Source: Treponema sp. UBA6367 (lineage in GTDB: Bacteria > Spirochaetota > Spirochaetia > Treponematales > Treponemataceae). From it: 64,000 nucleotides of DNA. Each line of letters starts with the position of its first letter. Positions within the stretch are counted from its first letter, which is position 1. Location of the stretch: positions 53,205-117,204 of the forward strand of contig DJRF01000024.1 of the NCBI GenBank assembly GCA_002437725.1, read 5' to 3'. The position numbers and the translations under genes were made by a program. The notes under the pieces were generated by a model that saw nothing but the letters and a program-made list of their open reading frames with translations, was not told the origin of the DNA and ran no database searches. Of this stretch, positions 9,422 through 19,365 are shown one piece after another.

Positions 9422-10737
9422 TGATATATCTCTTTTACCATTGCAATATCATTAGCAGACAAAACTGTGTTATATCTTGTGTAAAAAGAATTATTAAACT
9501 TATATCCGTTATTTAAGTTATTATATGGAATTTTTATTTTTATGTCAGGATAAAGCATTATCGAATTAAAATCAAAATCCCCATATACCATACTGTTTTT
9601 TTGAGAAGTCCAACAAGGATACCAAATTGTTATTGTCCACAGCCATACTTTTATTTGTTTTTTTTGCCAACACCAACCAAAAAAATCTTTTTCTATTTTC
9701 GAATAATCATTATTTGAATTCTCCACAAAAATATAAGAATCACGATCATAACGCTGGTGTTCATGCTTCAATCCCAACACATGTCCTAATTCATGTAAAC
9801 AAGTTCTAGAAAGAGCTTGCCCAGAAATTCCTGCACGAAGTTTTAAATATCCGAATGGACCAGATACATAACCTATAGTTGCACGACCATTCCAATTATC
9901 TGTGTTTTCATCATAAATTTTTATACAACCAACTACACATAAACCTAACTGAAATTCATTCCAACCACTATAGGAAAACTCTTTGAAACTAATTTTTTTA
10001 TCAGTTTTTTTTGTCCAAATTTCCATTGCATTAATAACAGCTTGTCTATGCTCATTAGTTATATTACCCCATCGATAATTTATTCTTCCATTTATCCAAC
10101 AGGAAGTTGTTCTTATTTGAAATAACGCACGAGAGTCTTTTTCCATTGCTTCTGATAATTCATTTACAAGTTGCTGTGCATTATAACCATCTGCTACAGC
10201 ATTAAGCAATTCCACAGTTACTATTCCTTCAATAGAGTTGAAAGGAATTTCAACATCATCCGCAATTAATATACCAGTTTCTGTTCCGTTTATATAATCA
10301 AGAGAAAGTGCTTTTGAAGGATTCGGTATAAGTTGACTAAGCCCTTCATTAAACTCTTCTACAATTTCATCAAGTTCCTCTCTTAGTGTTATCTCTTCTG
10401 TTTCACCAATTACAAATCTTCCATTTTTAATTTTTTCCTTATTCCTTTTTAATAAAGACAGATCACTTGGAAGAAGTAAATTTATGTCATCCAAACTATA
10501 TGAAGTTATTAGACTTCTATTCGGACTGCAGTCTATATCTATATACTTTGAAACTGTTTCTATTCCTTTCAATACAGATTCGTTTTGAAGTTCCAAAACC
10601 GTAAGATATTTCTTCGTAAAATTTGAATAATCTTTTGCATTTGCTTCTATTTCAGTTTTTTCTATACCTTGATTACAACCAAATAACAAAAAGAAAATTG
10701 ATACTAATAAAAATGTGCAATTAAACTTTTTTAACAT
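9418..10737 (-). CDS. astacin-family (M12A) zinc metalloprotease lipoprotein
   Basis: Full astacin signature HELGHVLGLKHEHQRYDRD and Met-turn NSIMLYP. N-terminal signal with lipobox LLFGC. 439 aa. Confidence 0.8.
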   Translation of the reverse strand: MLKKFNCTFLLVSIFFLLFGCNQGIEKTEIEANAKDYSNFTKKYLTVLELQNESVLKGIETVSKYIDIDCSPNRSLITSYSLDDINLLLPSDLSLLKRNKEKIKNGRFVIGETEEITLREELDEIVEEFNEGLSQLIPNPSKALSLDYINGTETGILIADDVEIPFNSIEGIVTVELLNAVADGYNAQQLVNELSEAMEKDSRALFQIRTTSCWINGRINYRWGNITNEHRQAVINAMEIWTKKTDKKISFKEFSYSGWNEFQLGLCVVGCIKIYDENTDNWNGRATIGYVSGPFGYLKLRAGISGQALSRTCLHELGHVLGLKHEHQRYDRDSYIFVENSNNDYSKIEKDFFGWCWQKKQIKVWLWTITIWYPCWTSQKNSMVYGDFDFNSIMLYPDIKIKIPYNNLNNGYKFNNSFYTRYNTVLSANDIAMVKEIYQ

Positions 10738-10781
10738 ATAAACCCCTGATATTTAGAAAATATAGCAAATTTAAAAAAAAG

Positions 10782-10829
10782 CAATAATTACTTCTCCATC
10801 AAAAATACCTACAAAAAAACTTTGAATTT
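10782..10829. repeat. 48-bp perfect direct repeat, copy 2
   Basis: Identical to 8845..8892. Lies just upstream of the astacin start codon. Confidence 0.95.
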
Positions 10830-10884
10830 TATCTAATATTCAAATTGACGAACGCATATTTATAAACTAAAATTATATATCTGT

Positions 10885-11790
10885 ATGAGTTTTGCATTAG
10901 CTACCAATCAGCAAATTAATAACTATTACGACACTTACAGGGATAACGAAATCGTCTTTACTAAAGACATTCTTAAGACCCTTAGGCTAGATCCTCGCCA
11001 AGTATATGTAAAATGCGGCGGAGGCCAATGGCCTTGCATAATAAATTCTACATCATTTCAGTTTGCAAAAATAATAATAGGAACTACAGGCGGAGCCTAC
11101 GCGCAAATAACAAAAAAAGATGCGCCGACTGTAAACTTAAGATACTGCTTTTTAGAGCAAGACAACACGCCTCTTCACTTTTTTGTTTCTTGCCATGTAA
11201 CAGAAGTTACACCTTACATGAATTCAAAAGATTTAGCGGTAGTTACACTGACATTTACGCAGCGTCCGCCTGATGATTTAATTTTAAAACTAGGCTCCTT
11301 AATCGATGCAAACTACAGTTTTACCAGAAGGCGAGAAGAGCGCATCATTCTAAACAAGGACTCTTTAAGAAAATTAGGTTTAGATAAAAAAGAAACCATA
11401 ATATTCATTCAAGAAGTGCCAAGACGTTGCATTTTAGTAAATATTTCGTTTTCCGGCGCAAGAGTTGTTTTTATTGGCCGCCCTCAGTTTTTAAAAGGAA
11501 AAAACGTTGTAATCAGACTCATGTTTTCAGATCCTAACGAAACAATCGACGTAAAAGGAACAATTATGTCGCTAGAAGAGTTGCCAGACAGAAAAGAACT
11601 TGTTCAAGCTGGTATTCAATTTGACGAAAGCCAGGTTCCTCTTGCTTACAAAATGCGAATAAATGACTATTTAGCTTCAAACCGAAAACTTTTCCTTGAA
11701 AGAAACGAAAAAAAATTGCCTACCGATGAAACTGGCTCTGGTTTAGAAGCGACAGAAACTACTTTAGAAGATACAAAAAATCAAGAATAA
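10885..11790 (+). CDS. PilZ-domain c-di-GMP receptor with N-terminal extension
   Basis: RRREER (RxxxR) is followed about 30 aa later by NISFSGARVVF (D/NxSxxG), which is the PilZ binding signature. The N-terminal half of about 140 aa precedes it, as in spirochaetal Plz proteins. Confidence 0.7.
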   Translation: MSFALATNQQINNYYDTYRDNEIVFTKDILKTLRLDPRQVYVKCGGGQWPCIINSTSFQFAKIIIGTTGGAYAQITKKDAPTVNLRYCFLEQDNTPLHFFVSCHVTEVTPYMNSKDLAVVTLTFTQRPPDDLILKLGSLIDANYSFTRRREERIILNKDSLRKLGLDKKETIIFIQEVPRRCILVNISFSGARVVFIGRPQFLKGKNVVIRLMFSDPNETIDVKGTIMSLEELPDRKELVQAGIQFDESQVPLAYKMRINDYLASNRKLFLERNEKKLPTDETGSGLEATETTLEDTKNQE

Positions 11791-11805
11791 TAAAAAGGGC
11801 TAAAT

Positions 11806-12951
11806 ATGAACCAAAAAAATCCTTTAGACTCAATTTACTTTATAAACCTGCCTGAAAATTTCAAATTTTCACAGGCAGCAATGCAGATAGACTCTACGAT
11901 TCCGTTGCCTGTTCAAAAGAAAATCGACGGCGATCCAGACAGTTTTAATATGAACGACATTTCAAGCGAGCAAGTTCTTGCAGGAATTCTTACTGTTCTT
12001 GCTTACGACTTGCACAATCCGCACCTTGAATACTACCGTTCAATTATCAAAAAAGCCCGCCCAAATCTTTTTAAGGAACTTACTGAGGCTGCTGTTCTTA
12101 AAACAAAAAATGAAGACTGGGATTTGGCAGAAGAACTTTTTATGAGCGTAAAAGGCTTGGATCCTGAAAACCCTGCAACAATCTTAAATCTAGCTTTGTT
12201 TTTGGATCAAAGAGCAGAAAATTACAGGCATTTAGGCCTAAATGAAGATGCAGATGCCTACGACAGCGACGCTTTGCAATATTACAAAGAAGCCATGGAT
12301 GCTGAGCCTCCGATTCCAGACGCCTTTTTTAATGCAGGCTTTTTTTTCTTAAAGCAGCACAATTACCAAGAAGCAAAGGGAGCTTTTGAAACATTTCTTG
12401 CGCTAACTTGCGACACAAAGGATGAAGAGCTTGATGAAAATTTGCAATACAAACAGCAAAGAGCGCAAGAAATTGTTGACCACATAACAAATGATAATAT
12501 GGACGATGAAATTTTCTCTGCCGCATACAAATTGATTTCTTCCGGACAGGAAGAAAAAGGCTTAGAGGAAATCCGAAAATTTATTGCAGACAATCCTAAA
12601 GTTTGGAACGCCTGGTTTCTGCTAGGCTGGGGACTTAGAAAACTTGGCCGCTACAAAGATGCTCAAACTGCTTTTAGTCAGGCGCTTGAATGTGGCGGTG
12701 ATTCCAATTCGGACACGTACAACGAGCTTGCGATTTGCTATCTGGAACTTGGAAACCTTAAAGAAGCAGAGAAAAGCCTTTTAAAAGCATTTGCGCTTTC
12801 TCCAGAAGATACAAAGATAATTTCAAATCTTGGATACTTAAAACTTAAGCAAGGCGACAAAGAGCAGGCTCAAAAATATTTTTCTACAGTCTTGGAATTC
12901 GCTCCTAACGACGCAATTGCCGCCAGCGAGCTTGCAAAACTTGAAAGTTAA
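11806..12951 (+). CDS. TPR-repeat protein
   Basis: Repeated A/Y/L-rich 34-aa helical repeats (e.g. WFLLGWGLRKLGRYKDAQTAFSQALE and YNELAICYLELGNLKEAEKSLLKAF). 381 aa. Confidence 0.7.
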   Translation: MNQKNPLDSIYFINLPENFKFSQAAMQIDSTIPLPVQKKIDGDPDSFNMNDISSEQVLAGILTVLAYDLHNPHLEYYRSIIKKARPNLFKELTEAAVLKTKNEDWDLAEELFMSVKGLDPENPATILNLALFLDQRAENYRHLGLNEDADAYDSDALQYYKEAMDAEPPIPDAFFNAGFFFLKQHNYQEAKGAFETFLALTCDTKDEELDENLQYKQQRAQEIVDHITNDNMDDEIFSAAYKLISSGQEEKGLEEIRKFIADNPKVWNAWFLLGWGLRKLGRYKDAQTAFSQALECGGDSNSDTYNELAICYLELGNLKEAEKSLLKAFALSPEDTKIISNLGYLKLKQGDKEQAQKYFSTVLEFAPNDAIAASELAKLES

Positions 12952-13001
12952 AAGCAGCTTTTTATTCGTTAATAGGACAATTGGAAATTTCGTGCCAATA
13001 G

Positions 13002-13460
13002 TTATTTTAGCTGCAAAAAATCTCCGCAATCAATTGAATTGCGGGCAAACCAGCCTTGCGGAACTTCAAGCGCATAGCGTACATAGCCTGTGCTGACAAT
13101 AGATTCCAAACTAAAAGGCTTCATATCAAAAATATCTTTTATTCGGCCGTCAGAAGTTATATACGCAATAGACAAAGGATGCGGCGTGTTTTTCATCCAA
13201 AAAGAAAGAATTTGGTCGCTTTCAAATACAAAAAGCATTCCTGTACCTTCGGGAATAATTTTTCTGCCCATATATCCATGCATGCGCTGTTCTTCTGTTT
13301 GAGCAAGCTCTACCTTTATAGGAACAAGGATACCGTCATGCGTTTTTATAGAAATTTCGGTTTTCTTTAATGAACTTTTACAAGAAAAACACATAAAAGC
13401 AAACAAAGCAAGAAAGAAATATGTGAAAAATCCATCTTTTTTAAACTCACTTCTAATCAT
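13002..13460 (-). CDS. DUF192-family secreted protein
   Basis: Signal/lipobox (MCFSC) and the core GMLFVFESDQILSFWMKNTPHPLSIAYI..DG.I typical of DUF192. Confidence 0.6.
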   Translation of the reverse strand: MIRSEFKKDGFFTYFFLALFAFMCFSCKSSLKKTEISIKTHDGILVPIKVELAQTEEQRMHGYMGRKIIPEGTGMLFVFESDQILSFWMKNTPHPLSIAYITSDGRIKDIFDMKPFSLESIVSTGYVRYALEVPQGWFARNSIDCGDFLQLK

Positions 13461-13463
13461 AAA

Positions 13464-14021
13464 CTAAAGCCCTTCCAAAAACATTTCTCTAGTCATTTCT
13501 GTGGCAGAAGGTCCGACTCTTGAGTTTCCTTGCAATTCATTAAATGTCTTCTTATCAACATATTTTAATGTCAACGGACGCTCTAAGCTCATTGTTACAG
13601 AATCATTTTCCCAAACAGATTTTTCCGGAGAAACAGACTTTGGATTTCCATACTTTTTGCAAAGTTCAGTAAACACACTGTAGTGATCCATTTTTTCTTG
13701 ATTTATGTTTATTGTAATTGTGTAGAGCTTGTCATTGTAGAACTGAAACCAGCATCTTTCCAAAAAAGAAAAATCTTTTCCAGCATCAGTTTCTATTAGA
13801 ACTCTATTTTCGCCAGGCAAAAGGGAAACATCTCTATCTCCGTGATAGCCAAAATCAATATTATTTTTCAAAGCTCTTTTGGTCTGTTCAAGGTTCATTC
13901 CCAGTTTTATTCCACCGTAACCTTCTGGAATTTGGGAACTAGAATTTTGAGAAAAAATCATATGGGGGAAAAAAAATAATAGAAAAAGACAAAAAATTTC
14001 TACAAGCAAATTCTTTTTCAT
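13464..14021 (-). CDS. hypothetical secreted protein
   Basis: ATG 14021 (MKKNLLVEIFCLFLLFFF signal). The start overlaps the stop of the upstream gene as TGATG. Confidence 0.55.
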   Translation of the reverse strand: MKKNLLVEIFCLFLLFFFPHMIFSQNSSSQIPEGYGGIKLGMNLEQTKRALKNNIDFGYHGDRDVSLLPGENRVLIETDAGKDFSFLERCWFQFYNDKLYTITININQEKMDHYSVFTELCKKYGNPKSVSPEKSVWENDSVTMSLERPLTLKYVDKKTFNELQGNSRVGPSATEMTREMFLEGL

Positions 14022-15202
14022 CACGCACCCTTTCCACACTTTTTTCTATAAAATGCTGCCTGCTTAATCAGCTCATTGCAATCTGGAACAAGAATTTTTC
14101 CTTCCGCAAATTTCAAGGAAGGCTCCGATTGCAATTGATATTTTACAAACGGCTGCTGATTTTCAGGAATTGCGCACATATTTATGACATCTTGAACCGT
14201 AAGCTCGGTTTGAAACGAGCCTGTATACTTGTGGTTTTTTTCAATTTGAAGAGCAAGCATATCGATGATTTTATGCATTGGATCAGAAAGGCAGGCATTG
14301 TCCAACTGCCGGTACATTGACCAAAGCCGTTCTGCCAAAGTTGTTGTAAGCCTTGAAATAAGCTGAGGCTGAGTTCCTACCATTTGATCAAAGTTTTGCC
14401 TATTTATAACCATAAGCTTGCAGTCAGACCGCGCGATTGCACTTGCAGAACGAGGCTTGTTCTCTAGCAAAGCCATTTCGCCAAACATATCGCCTTTTCC
14501 TAGAACGGCAAGAACGACTTCAGCCCCGTTTACAACTTTTGAAATTTCAACTTTTCCGTCCTGAATTACAAACATATCAGAACCTTTTTGACTTTCAGAA
14601 AAAATCATTGTTCCTTCAGGATAAGAGCGAAAAAGCTCTGCAGTAGGCTCAAAATAAATCGCCTTTGAACTAGGCTTGTATTTTAAAAAGCGTTGTTTTG
14701 CAATCTGAGCATCTTCGCCAGAAGGACATTCCTTTAAATACTGGTAGTAAGCAAAAGTTGCAATAGAGTATTCCATTTTGCTGTCATAAAATTTCGCGAC
14801 ATTAAAAATCTGCTCTGGAGAATCTGAAGAAACCTTGCTCAAAGTTAGTTTTGTAAGCTCTTCATTCATCGTTCTCATGCGGTTTGCAAAAGTTCTGATT
14901 ATTTTTAACGCAATTGGAGTATTCTTTCTTATAAGTTCGGGATATTGATCCTTCATAACAGAAATTACGCGGACATCTGTTACAGCAATTGCATTTTCAA
15001 TCTGGCTATGTCCAGACATACATGGAATTACGCCAATAAAATCGCCAGGTCCTAAATATTTTACAGAAGAACCATTCGTGTCGTTGTTTTTATGGCAACG
15101 AACTTTTCCGCTTTGGATAATAAAAAAACGGTCGTTCAGCTCTTTTTCTTCCACAAGAATATATGAATTTGGAGTGAAATTTATTATTGATAACTGTAAC
15201 AC
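14021..15202 (-). CDS. protein with two cyclic-nucleotide-binding domains
   Basis: Two cNMP-binding-like beta-barrel segments are present. The second contains GDMFGEMALLENKPRSASAIA. Apparent GTG start at 15202. Confidence 0.7.
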   Translation of the reverse strand: MLQLSIINFTPNSYILVEEKELNDRFFIIQSGKVRCHKNNDTNGSSVKYLGPGDFIGVIPCMSGHSQIENAIAVTDVRVISVMKDQYPELIRKNTPIALKIIRTFANRMRTMNEELTKLTLSKVSSDSPEQIFNVAKFYDSKMEYSIATFAYYQYLKECPSGEDAQIAKQRFLKYKPSSKAIYFEPTAELFRSYPEGTMIFSESQKGSDMFVIQDGKVEISKVVNGAEVVLAVLGKGDMFGEMALLENKPRSASAIARSDCKLMVINRQNFDQMVGTQPQLISRLTTTLAERLWSMYRQLDNACLSDPMHKIIDMLALQIEKNHKYTGSFQTELTVQDVINMCAIPENQQPFVKYQLQSEPSLKFAEGKILVPDCNELIKQAAFYRKKCGKGA

Positions 15203-15248
15203 GCCTCACCGCCTTTTTTTGTTGTTTTAAAGTATAGATTTTCAGTTA

Positions 15249-16193
15249 TTATTTGTCAACGAAGATAATTTCCGTTTCCAACTCAAAACCAGTTTTATTT
15301 CTTACTTCATTAACGACAGATTCAACAAGAGATTTTACATCTTTTTGAGTTGCAGCACCTAGATTTATAATAAAATTTCCATGGAAAGGAGCAACTTGAG
15401 CATCTCCGCGCCTCATGCCGCGCAAACCGCAATCATCGATTATTTTTCCGCTAGGAAGACCAAAATTTCTGTTGTTTTTAAAAACGCTTCCTGCGCTAGG
15501 ATATTTAAAATGACCTTTTTGTTTTCGCTGATTTATAAAATCGTGACATATTTTTTTTAGTTCTTCGTGTTCATCCAAGCCATGTTTTTCTAATCGAAAT
15601 TGAGCAGAAAGCACTAACTTGTTTTTATTACAAAAAGGAGAGCTTTTATATCCCCAGTCAGACTGATTAAAAAAATATTCTTCAACAGACTTTTTATTTA
15701 AATCAATGCATACGGCGCTTACAAGCAAATCGCTTATAGATTTTTCAAAGCAACGGGCATTCATAAACAAAGCTCCACCGACTGTTCCTGGAAGACCTGA
15801 AAATTCTTGAATTCCCCATAAATCATTAGAAATGCAAAAACGAACCAACGAAGAAATTGGCACGCCGCATCCACATTTTACATAAACAATAGAATCTTCG
15901 CCTTCCGCCATCGAGATTGAATTTAATTTTGAAGTTGAAATTACAAGCCCGTTATAAGTTGAATCTGTAAAAACGATATTGCTTCCCCCGCCCAAAATAA
16001 AAAACGGAACAGAATATTTTTTAGTCCAAAGCAACAGGTCTAAAATCTGCAAGACGTCTTCTGGCTCTACAAAAACAAGCGCATTTCCACCAATTTTAAA
16101 CGTCGTTTTGCTTGCTATTGGTTCATTAAAGCTAAACTTAGCACAAAACCCCGTTTTTAAAGCAAATTCTTTGAACTTAGAAACAATATCCAT
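15249..16193 (-). CDS. murB: UDP-N-acetylenolpyruvoylglucosamine reductase
   Basis: FKIGGNA, ILGGGSNIV and PSAGSVFKN motifs. 314 aa. Confidence 0.88.
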   Translation of the reverse strand: MDIVSKFKEFALKTGFCAKFSFNEPIASKTTFKIGGNALVFVEPEDVLQILDLLLWTKKYSVPFFILGGGSNIVFTDSTYNGLVISTSKLNSISMAEGEDSIVYVKCGCGVPISSLVRFCISNDLWGIQEFSGLPGTVGGALFMNARCFEKSISDLLVSAVCIDLNKKSVEEYFFNQSDWGYKSSPFCNKNKLVLSAQFRLEKHGLDEHEELKKICHDFINQRKQKGHFKYPSAGSVFKNNRNFGLPSGKIIDDCGLRGMRRGDAQVAPFHGNFIINLGAATQKDVKSLVESVVNEVRNKTGFELETEIIFVDK

Positions 16194-16354
16194 AACATTC
16201 CCATAAAAAGTCGACTTTCAACCTATTATATAGTAAGAAAGTATAAGGCTCAATCATATACATCATGCGAATTGAAATGAATAAAAAATTGATGTAAAAT
16301 CTTATCGAATGAGTTAAAACTTACTAATCAAATTTTATCTTTAAAATTTGTATT

Positions 16355-16560
16355 TAGCCAAAACTTCGAGTTTTTTATAACAGTTAGAAAAAAGGCTTTC
16401 AGCGAATTTTCAATTTGTTCAGACGGTTGTGCTCGCACTTCGTTTGAATGGAGCTGGGTTGCTACGCAACTTTAATTGTTCTAATCGCACAAAGTCTTCA
16501 CAAATTGCAACTTCGCTTACGCTTTTTGTTTATTTTTCTGAAAACGCTAAGTTTAGGCTA
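16355..16560 (+). repeat. intergenic nested-palindrome element, long form, copy C
   Basis: TAGCCAAAACTTCGAGTTTTTT ... core ... GAAAACGCTAAGTTTAGGCTA. It ends 32 nt before the cysS start. The ORF-track N-terminal extension of cysS is a read-through of this element. Confidence 0.85.
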
Positions 16561-16591
16561 TTTAAAACTTGTTTATCTATTTGGAGGACTT

Positions 16592-18121
16592 ATGCCGTTA
16601 AAATTTTTTAATACGATGGGACACAAAATTGAGGAATTTAAGCCGGTTCATGAAGGTTTTGTCGGTTTTTACGGTTGCGGTCCGACTGTCTATAATTATG
16701 CGCACATCGGAAACCTTCGCGCTTACGTTTTTCTGGATATTCTTGATAAAACTTTGACTTTTTTGGGTTACGACATAAAGCACGTTATGAACATCACTGA
16801 TGTTGGACACTTGACCGGTGACAACGATGATGGTGATGACAAAATGGTAAAAACAGCGGAGGAACGTCATCAGTCTGTTCTTGAAGTTGCAAAATTTTAC
16901 ACGGATGCTTTTATGCAGGACATTGACGACCTGAACATACGTCATCCTGATGTAATCTGCAAGGCGACTGAACACATTCCGGAAATGATTGAGCTTATAA
17001 AAAAGATTGAGGCGAACGGGCACACTTACATGGCGGGCGGAAATCTTTACTACGACATTTCAACTTATCCAGATTACGGAAAACTTGCGAACCTGAATCT
17101 TGACGAACTTAAGGAAGGAGCCGGCCGCCGCAAGGAAGTCGTAATCGACGGAAACAAGCGAAATCCAGGCGACTTTGTGCTTTGGTTCACAAAATCAAAG
17201 TTTGAAAACCAGGCGATGACTTGGGATTCTCCTTGGGGACGCGGTTATCCTGGCTGGCACATTGAATGTTCTGCCATGAGCATGAAATATCTGGGAAAGC
17301 ACATCGACATCCACACTGGCGGAATTGACCACGTTCCGGTTCACCACACAAACGAAATCGCACAGTCGGAAGGTTCGTTCACGCCGGAAGAAAGAGCGGA
17401 AGGTCCGTGGGTAAGATATTGGCTTCACAACGAGTTTTTGGTTGTTGAAGGCGGAAATAAAATGTCCAAGTCAAAAGGAAACTTTTTGCGTCTTCAGACT
17501 TTAAAGGATAAAGGCTACAGCGCGCTTGACTACAGATTTTTCCTTTTGGGCGGACATTACCGCAAGCAGATTTTCTTTAGCTGGGACGCAATGGATTCCG
17601 CTAAGAACGGAAGGGCAAGCCTTGTTCAAAAAATCGCAAAACTGGCGCAGAAAGCCGGCGTAAAACTTGAAAAAGGAAAATCATATAAAAAAGGCGAAGC
17701 CGACAACCACGAAGGGCTTTCTGAAAAAGCCGTTCAATATCTTGACGCATTCAAGGCGGCTCTGGAAAACGATCTTTTGGTTCCGGTTGCGCTCAGTCAG
17801 GTGAATAAAGTTTTAAAAGACAGTTCGCTGGACGCAAAAGAGGCTCTGAATCTTATTGACAGAATGGACAGCGTTCTTGGCCTTAAAATGATTGAAACCG
17901 CAGGAATTGCGCAAAAAGAAGCGGAAAAAAATGCGGCGGCAAATATAATTGACCATTCTGATGACCCGGAAGCCGCGGAAATTGACACACTTGTCGCAGA
18001 AAGAACGGCAGCCAAGAAAAACAAGAATTTTTCCAAAGCCGACGAAATCCGCGACGCTCTAGCAAAACGCGGAATCACAATAATCGACACGCCGGCAGGC
18101 CCGACCTGGAAGCGAAATTAA
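16592..18121 (+). CDS. cysS: cysteine--tRNA ligase
   Basis: HIGH-type motif AHIGNLRAY and KMSKS are present. I moved the start to ATG 16592 (MPLKFFNT), which has GGAGG upstream. Confidence 0.92.
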   Translation: MPLKFFNTMGHKIEEFKPVHEGFVGFYGCGPTVYNYAHIGNLRAYVFLDILDKTLTFLGYDIKHVMNITDVGHLTGDNDDGDDKMVKTAEERHQSVLEVAKFYTDAFMQDIDDLNIRHPDVICKATEHIPEMIELIKKIEANGHTYMAGGNLYYDISTYPDYGKLANLNLDELKEGAGRRKEVVIDGNKRNPGDFVLWFTKSKFENQAMTWDSPWGRGYPGWHIECSAMSMKYLGKHIDIHTGGIDHVPVHHTNEIAQSEGSFTPEERAEGPWVRYWLHNEFLVVEGGNKMSKSKGNFLRLQTLKDKGYSALDYRFFLLGGHYRKQIFFSWDAMDSAKNGRASLVQKIAKLAQKAGVKLEKGKSYKKGEADNHEGLSEKAVQYLDAFKAALENDLLVPVALSQVNKVLKDSSLDAKEALNLIDRMDSVLGLKMIETAGIAQKEAEKNAAANIIDHSDDPEAAEIDTLVAERTAAKKNKNFSKADEIRDALAKRGITIIDTPAGPTWKRN

Positions 18122-18158
18122 TTATTGTTTTTATGTAACCAATCAAAAGGAGCGTTGT

Positions 18159-18722
18159 TTGCTAAATATGGACGGTCAGACAGAACAAATCAAGCCTCTT
18201 AATGCAGCAGATTCTGTTGACTTTAAAACGATTTATAGCGCAACAATGCAGATGCTGTTCAAAATCTCTTACAGAATTGTAAACGACGAAGAAGCAGCGG
18301 AAGATTTAGCACATGATTCGCTTATTAAAGCCAACGAAAAGCAACTGTCTTTTCCTACTATGAATGACGCAAAATTCTGGTTGATTCGAGTTGTAAAGAA
18401 CGCATCGCTGAATTACGTTAAACGAAAAAATCGCGAAAAAAAAGCTTTTCAAAAAGCTCTTTACGAAGATTACCGCACTGCTCAGTCAGGAGAAACAGAA
18501 TACCTTGCAGCGGAGTCTATAAAAAATGCTCAAAAAGCATTAGATATGTTGCCGGCCAAACTAAAAGAAGCCCTTGTACTTGCAGAATATGCAGACTTAA
18601 ATTACAAGGAAATAGGAAGAGTGCTTGGAATATCCGAAGGAAACGTAAAAGTCCGTATTTTTCGAGCACGCAAGCAATTGGAACAAATTTTAGGAGTTGA
18701 AAATGTATTCTTGCCCAACTGA
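18159..18722 (+). CDS. ECF-type RNA polymerase sigma-70 family factor
   Basis: Region 2 (EEAAEDLAHDSLIKA) and region 4 HTH (YKEIGRVLGISEGNVKVRIFRARKQL). The start is TTG 18159 (8 nt after AAGGAG) or ATG 18168. Confidence 0.8.
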   Translation: MLNMDGQTEQIKPLNAADSVDFKTIYSATMQMLFKISYRIVNDEEAAEDLAHDSLIKANEKQLSFPTMNDAKFWLIRVVKNASLNYVKRKNREKKAFQKALYEDYRTAQSGETEYLAAESIKNAQKALDMLPAKLKEALVLAEYADLNYKEIGRVLGISEGNVKVRIFRARKQLEQILGVENVFLPN

Positions 18723-19365
18723 TGACATTCATTCAATCTACTTAGATAAGGAATTACCTTCAACATATCTAGCTGAATACGAACAGCATTTAAAAAACTG
18801 TCCAAAGTGCCAAAAGAAGTTAGATTCCTTAAAAAGAATTCATGAAATCTTCCAAAAAGATAAAATTCAAATAGCTCCAGATTCTATTTACCTGGAGCAA
18901 AGCTTTGAAAGAATTCAGACTAAACTAAAATATTCTAAAAATGTAAAGCAATCTGAAAGTTTCATGCTTTCAGCATTTTCAAATCCTCAAAATCAAAAAG
19001 TTTATGGATTTGCAAAATACGCACTAGTCGCAGCGGCAGCCGTGGCATTAGTTATTGTTCCTGTAAAACTTTTAAATATCCAATCAAATCCTACGCAGGC
19101 AGTAAATTTTTCTGAAGTTGCAATGACGCAGGATTTACCCGTAGTTAATGAAAACGTTGTTATAAATGGAAATATATCGCAACCATTTGCAGTTTCTATG
19201 AATAATGGTAAAATGACTATTCCAGAGCGAGATGTTTTCCGTCCAAATTTTAGAAATATAAATAAAATTTCTGTAGAAATGACCGTTCCTGGATTAGACA
19301 AACAAAATTACAGCGAAGTTCAAATCAGACTTCCTGTAAATTCAAATACTGGGATTTTACCGTGA
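18703..19365 (+). CDS. anti-sigma factor (zf-HC2 type), single-pass membrane
   Basis: The H-x3-C-x2-C motif (HLKNCPKC) lies about 30 aa from the N-terminus. There is a central TM helix (YALVAAAAVALVIVPV). The start overlaps the end of the sigma gene, with TAGGAG upstream. Confidence 0.7.
   Translation: MYSCPTDDIHSIYLDKELPSTYLAEYEQHLKNCPKCQKKLDSLKRIHEIFQKDKIQIAPDSIYLEQSFERIQTKLKYSKNVKQSESFMLSAFSNPQNQKVYGFAKYALVAAAAVALVIVPVKLLNIQSNPTQAVNFSEVAMTQDLPVVNENVVINGNISQPFAVSMNNGKMTIPERDVFRPNFRNINKISVEMTVPGLDKQNYSEVQIRLPVNSNTGILP

Noticed and set aside
16448-16591. 48-codon N-terminal extension of the cysS ORF. The extensions at 52031 (purB), 50835 (lipoprotein), 61987 (binding protein), 50751 (ybaK), 4381 (purE) and 1563 (glyQS) are similar.
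   Set aside because: The extensions translate intergenic repeat or promoter sequence. In each case an internal ATG gives the conserved or signal-peptide N-terminus; most have a good Shine-Dalgarno, but purB has none (candidate leaderless mRNA) and the ybaK site is weak.
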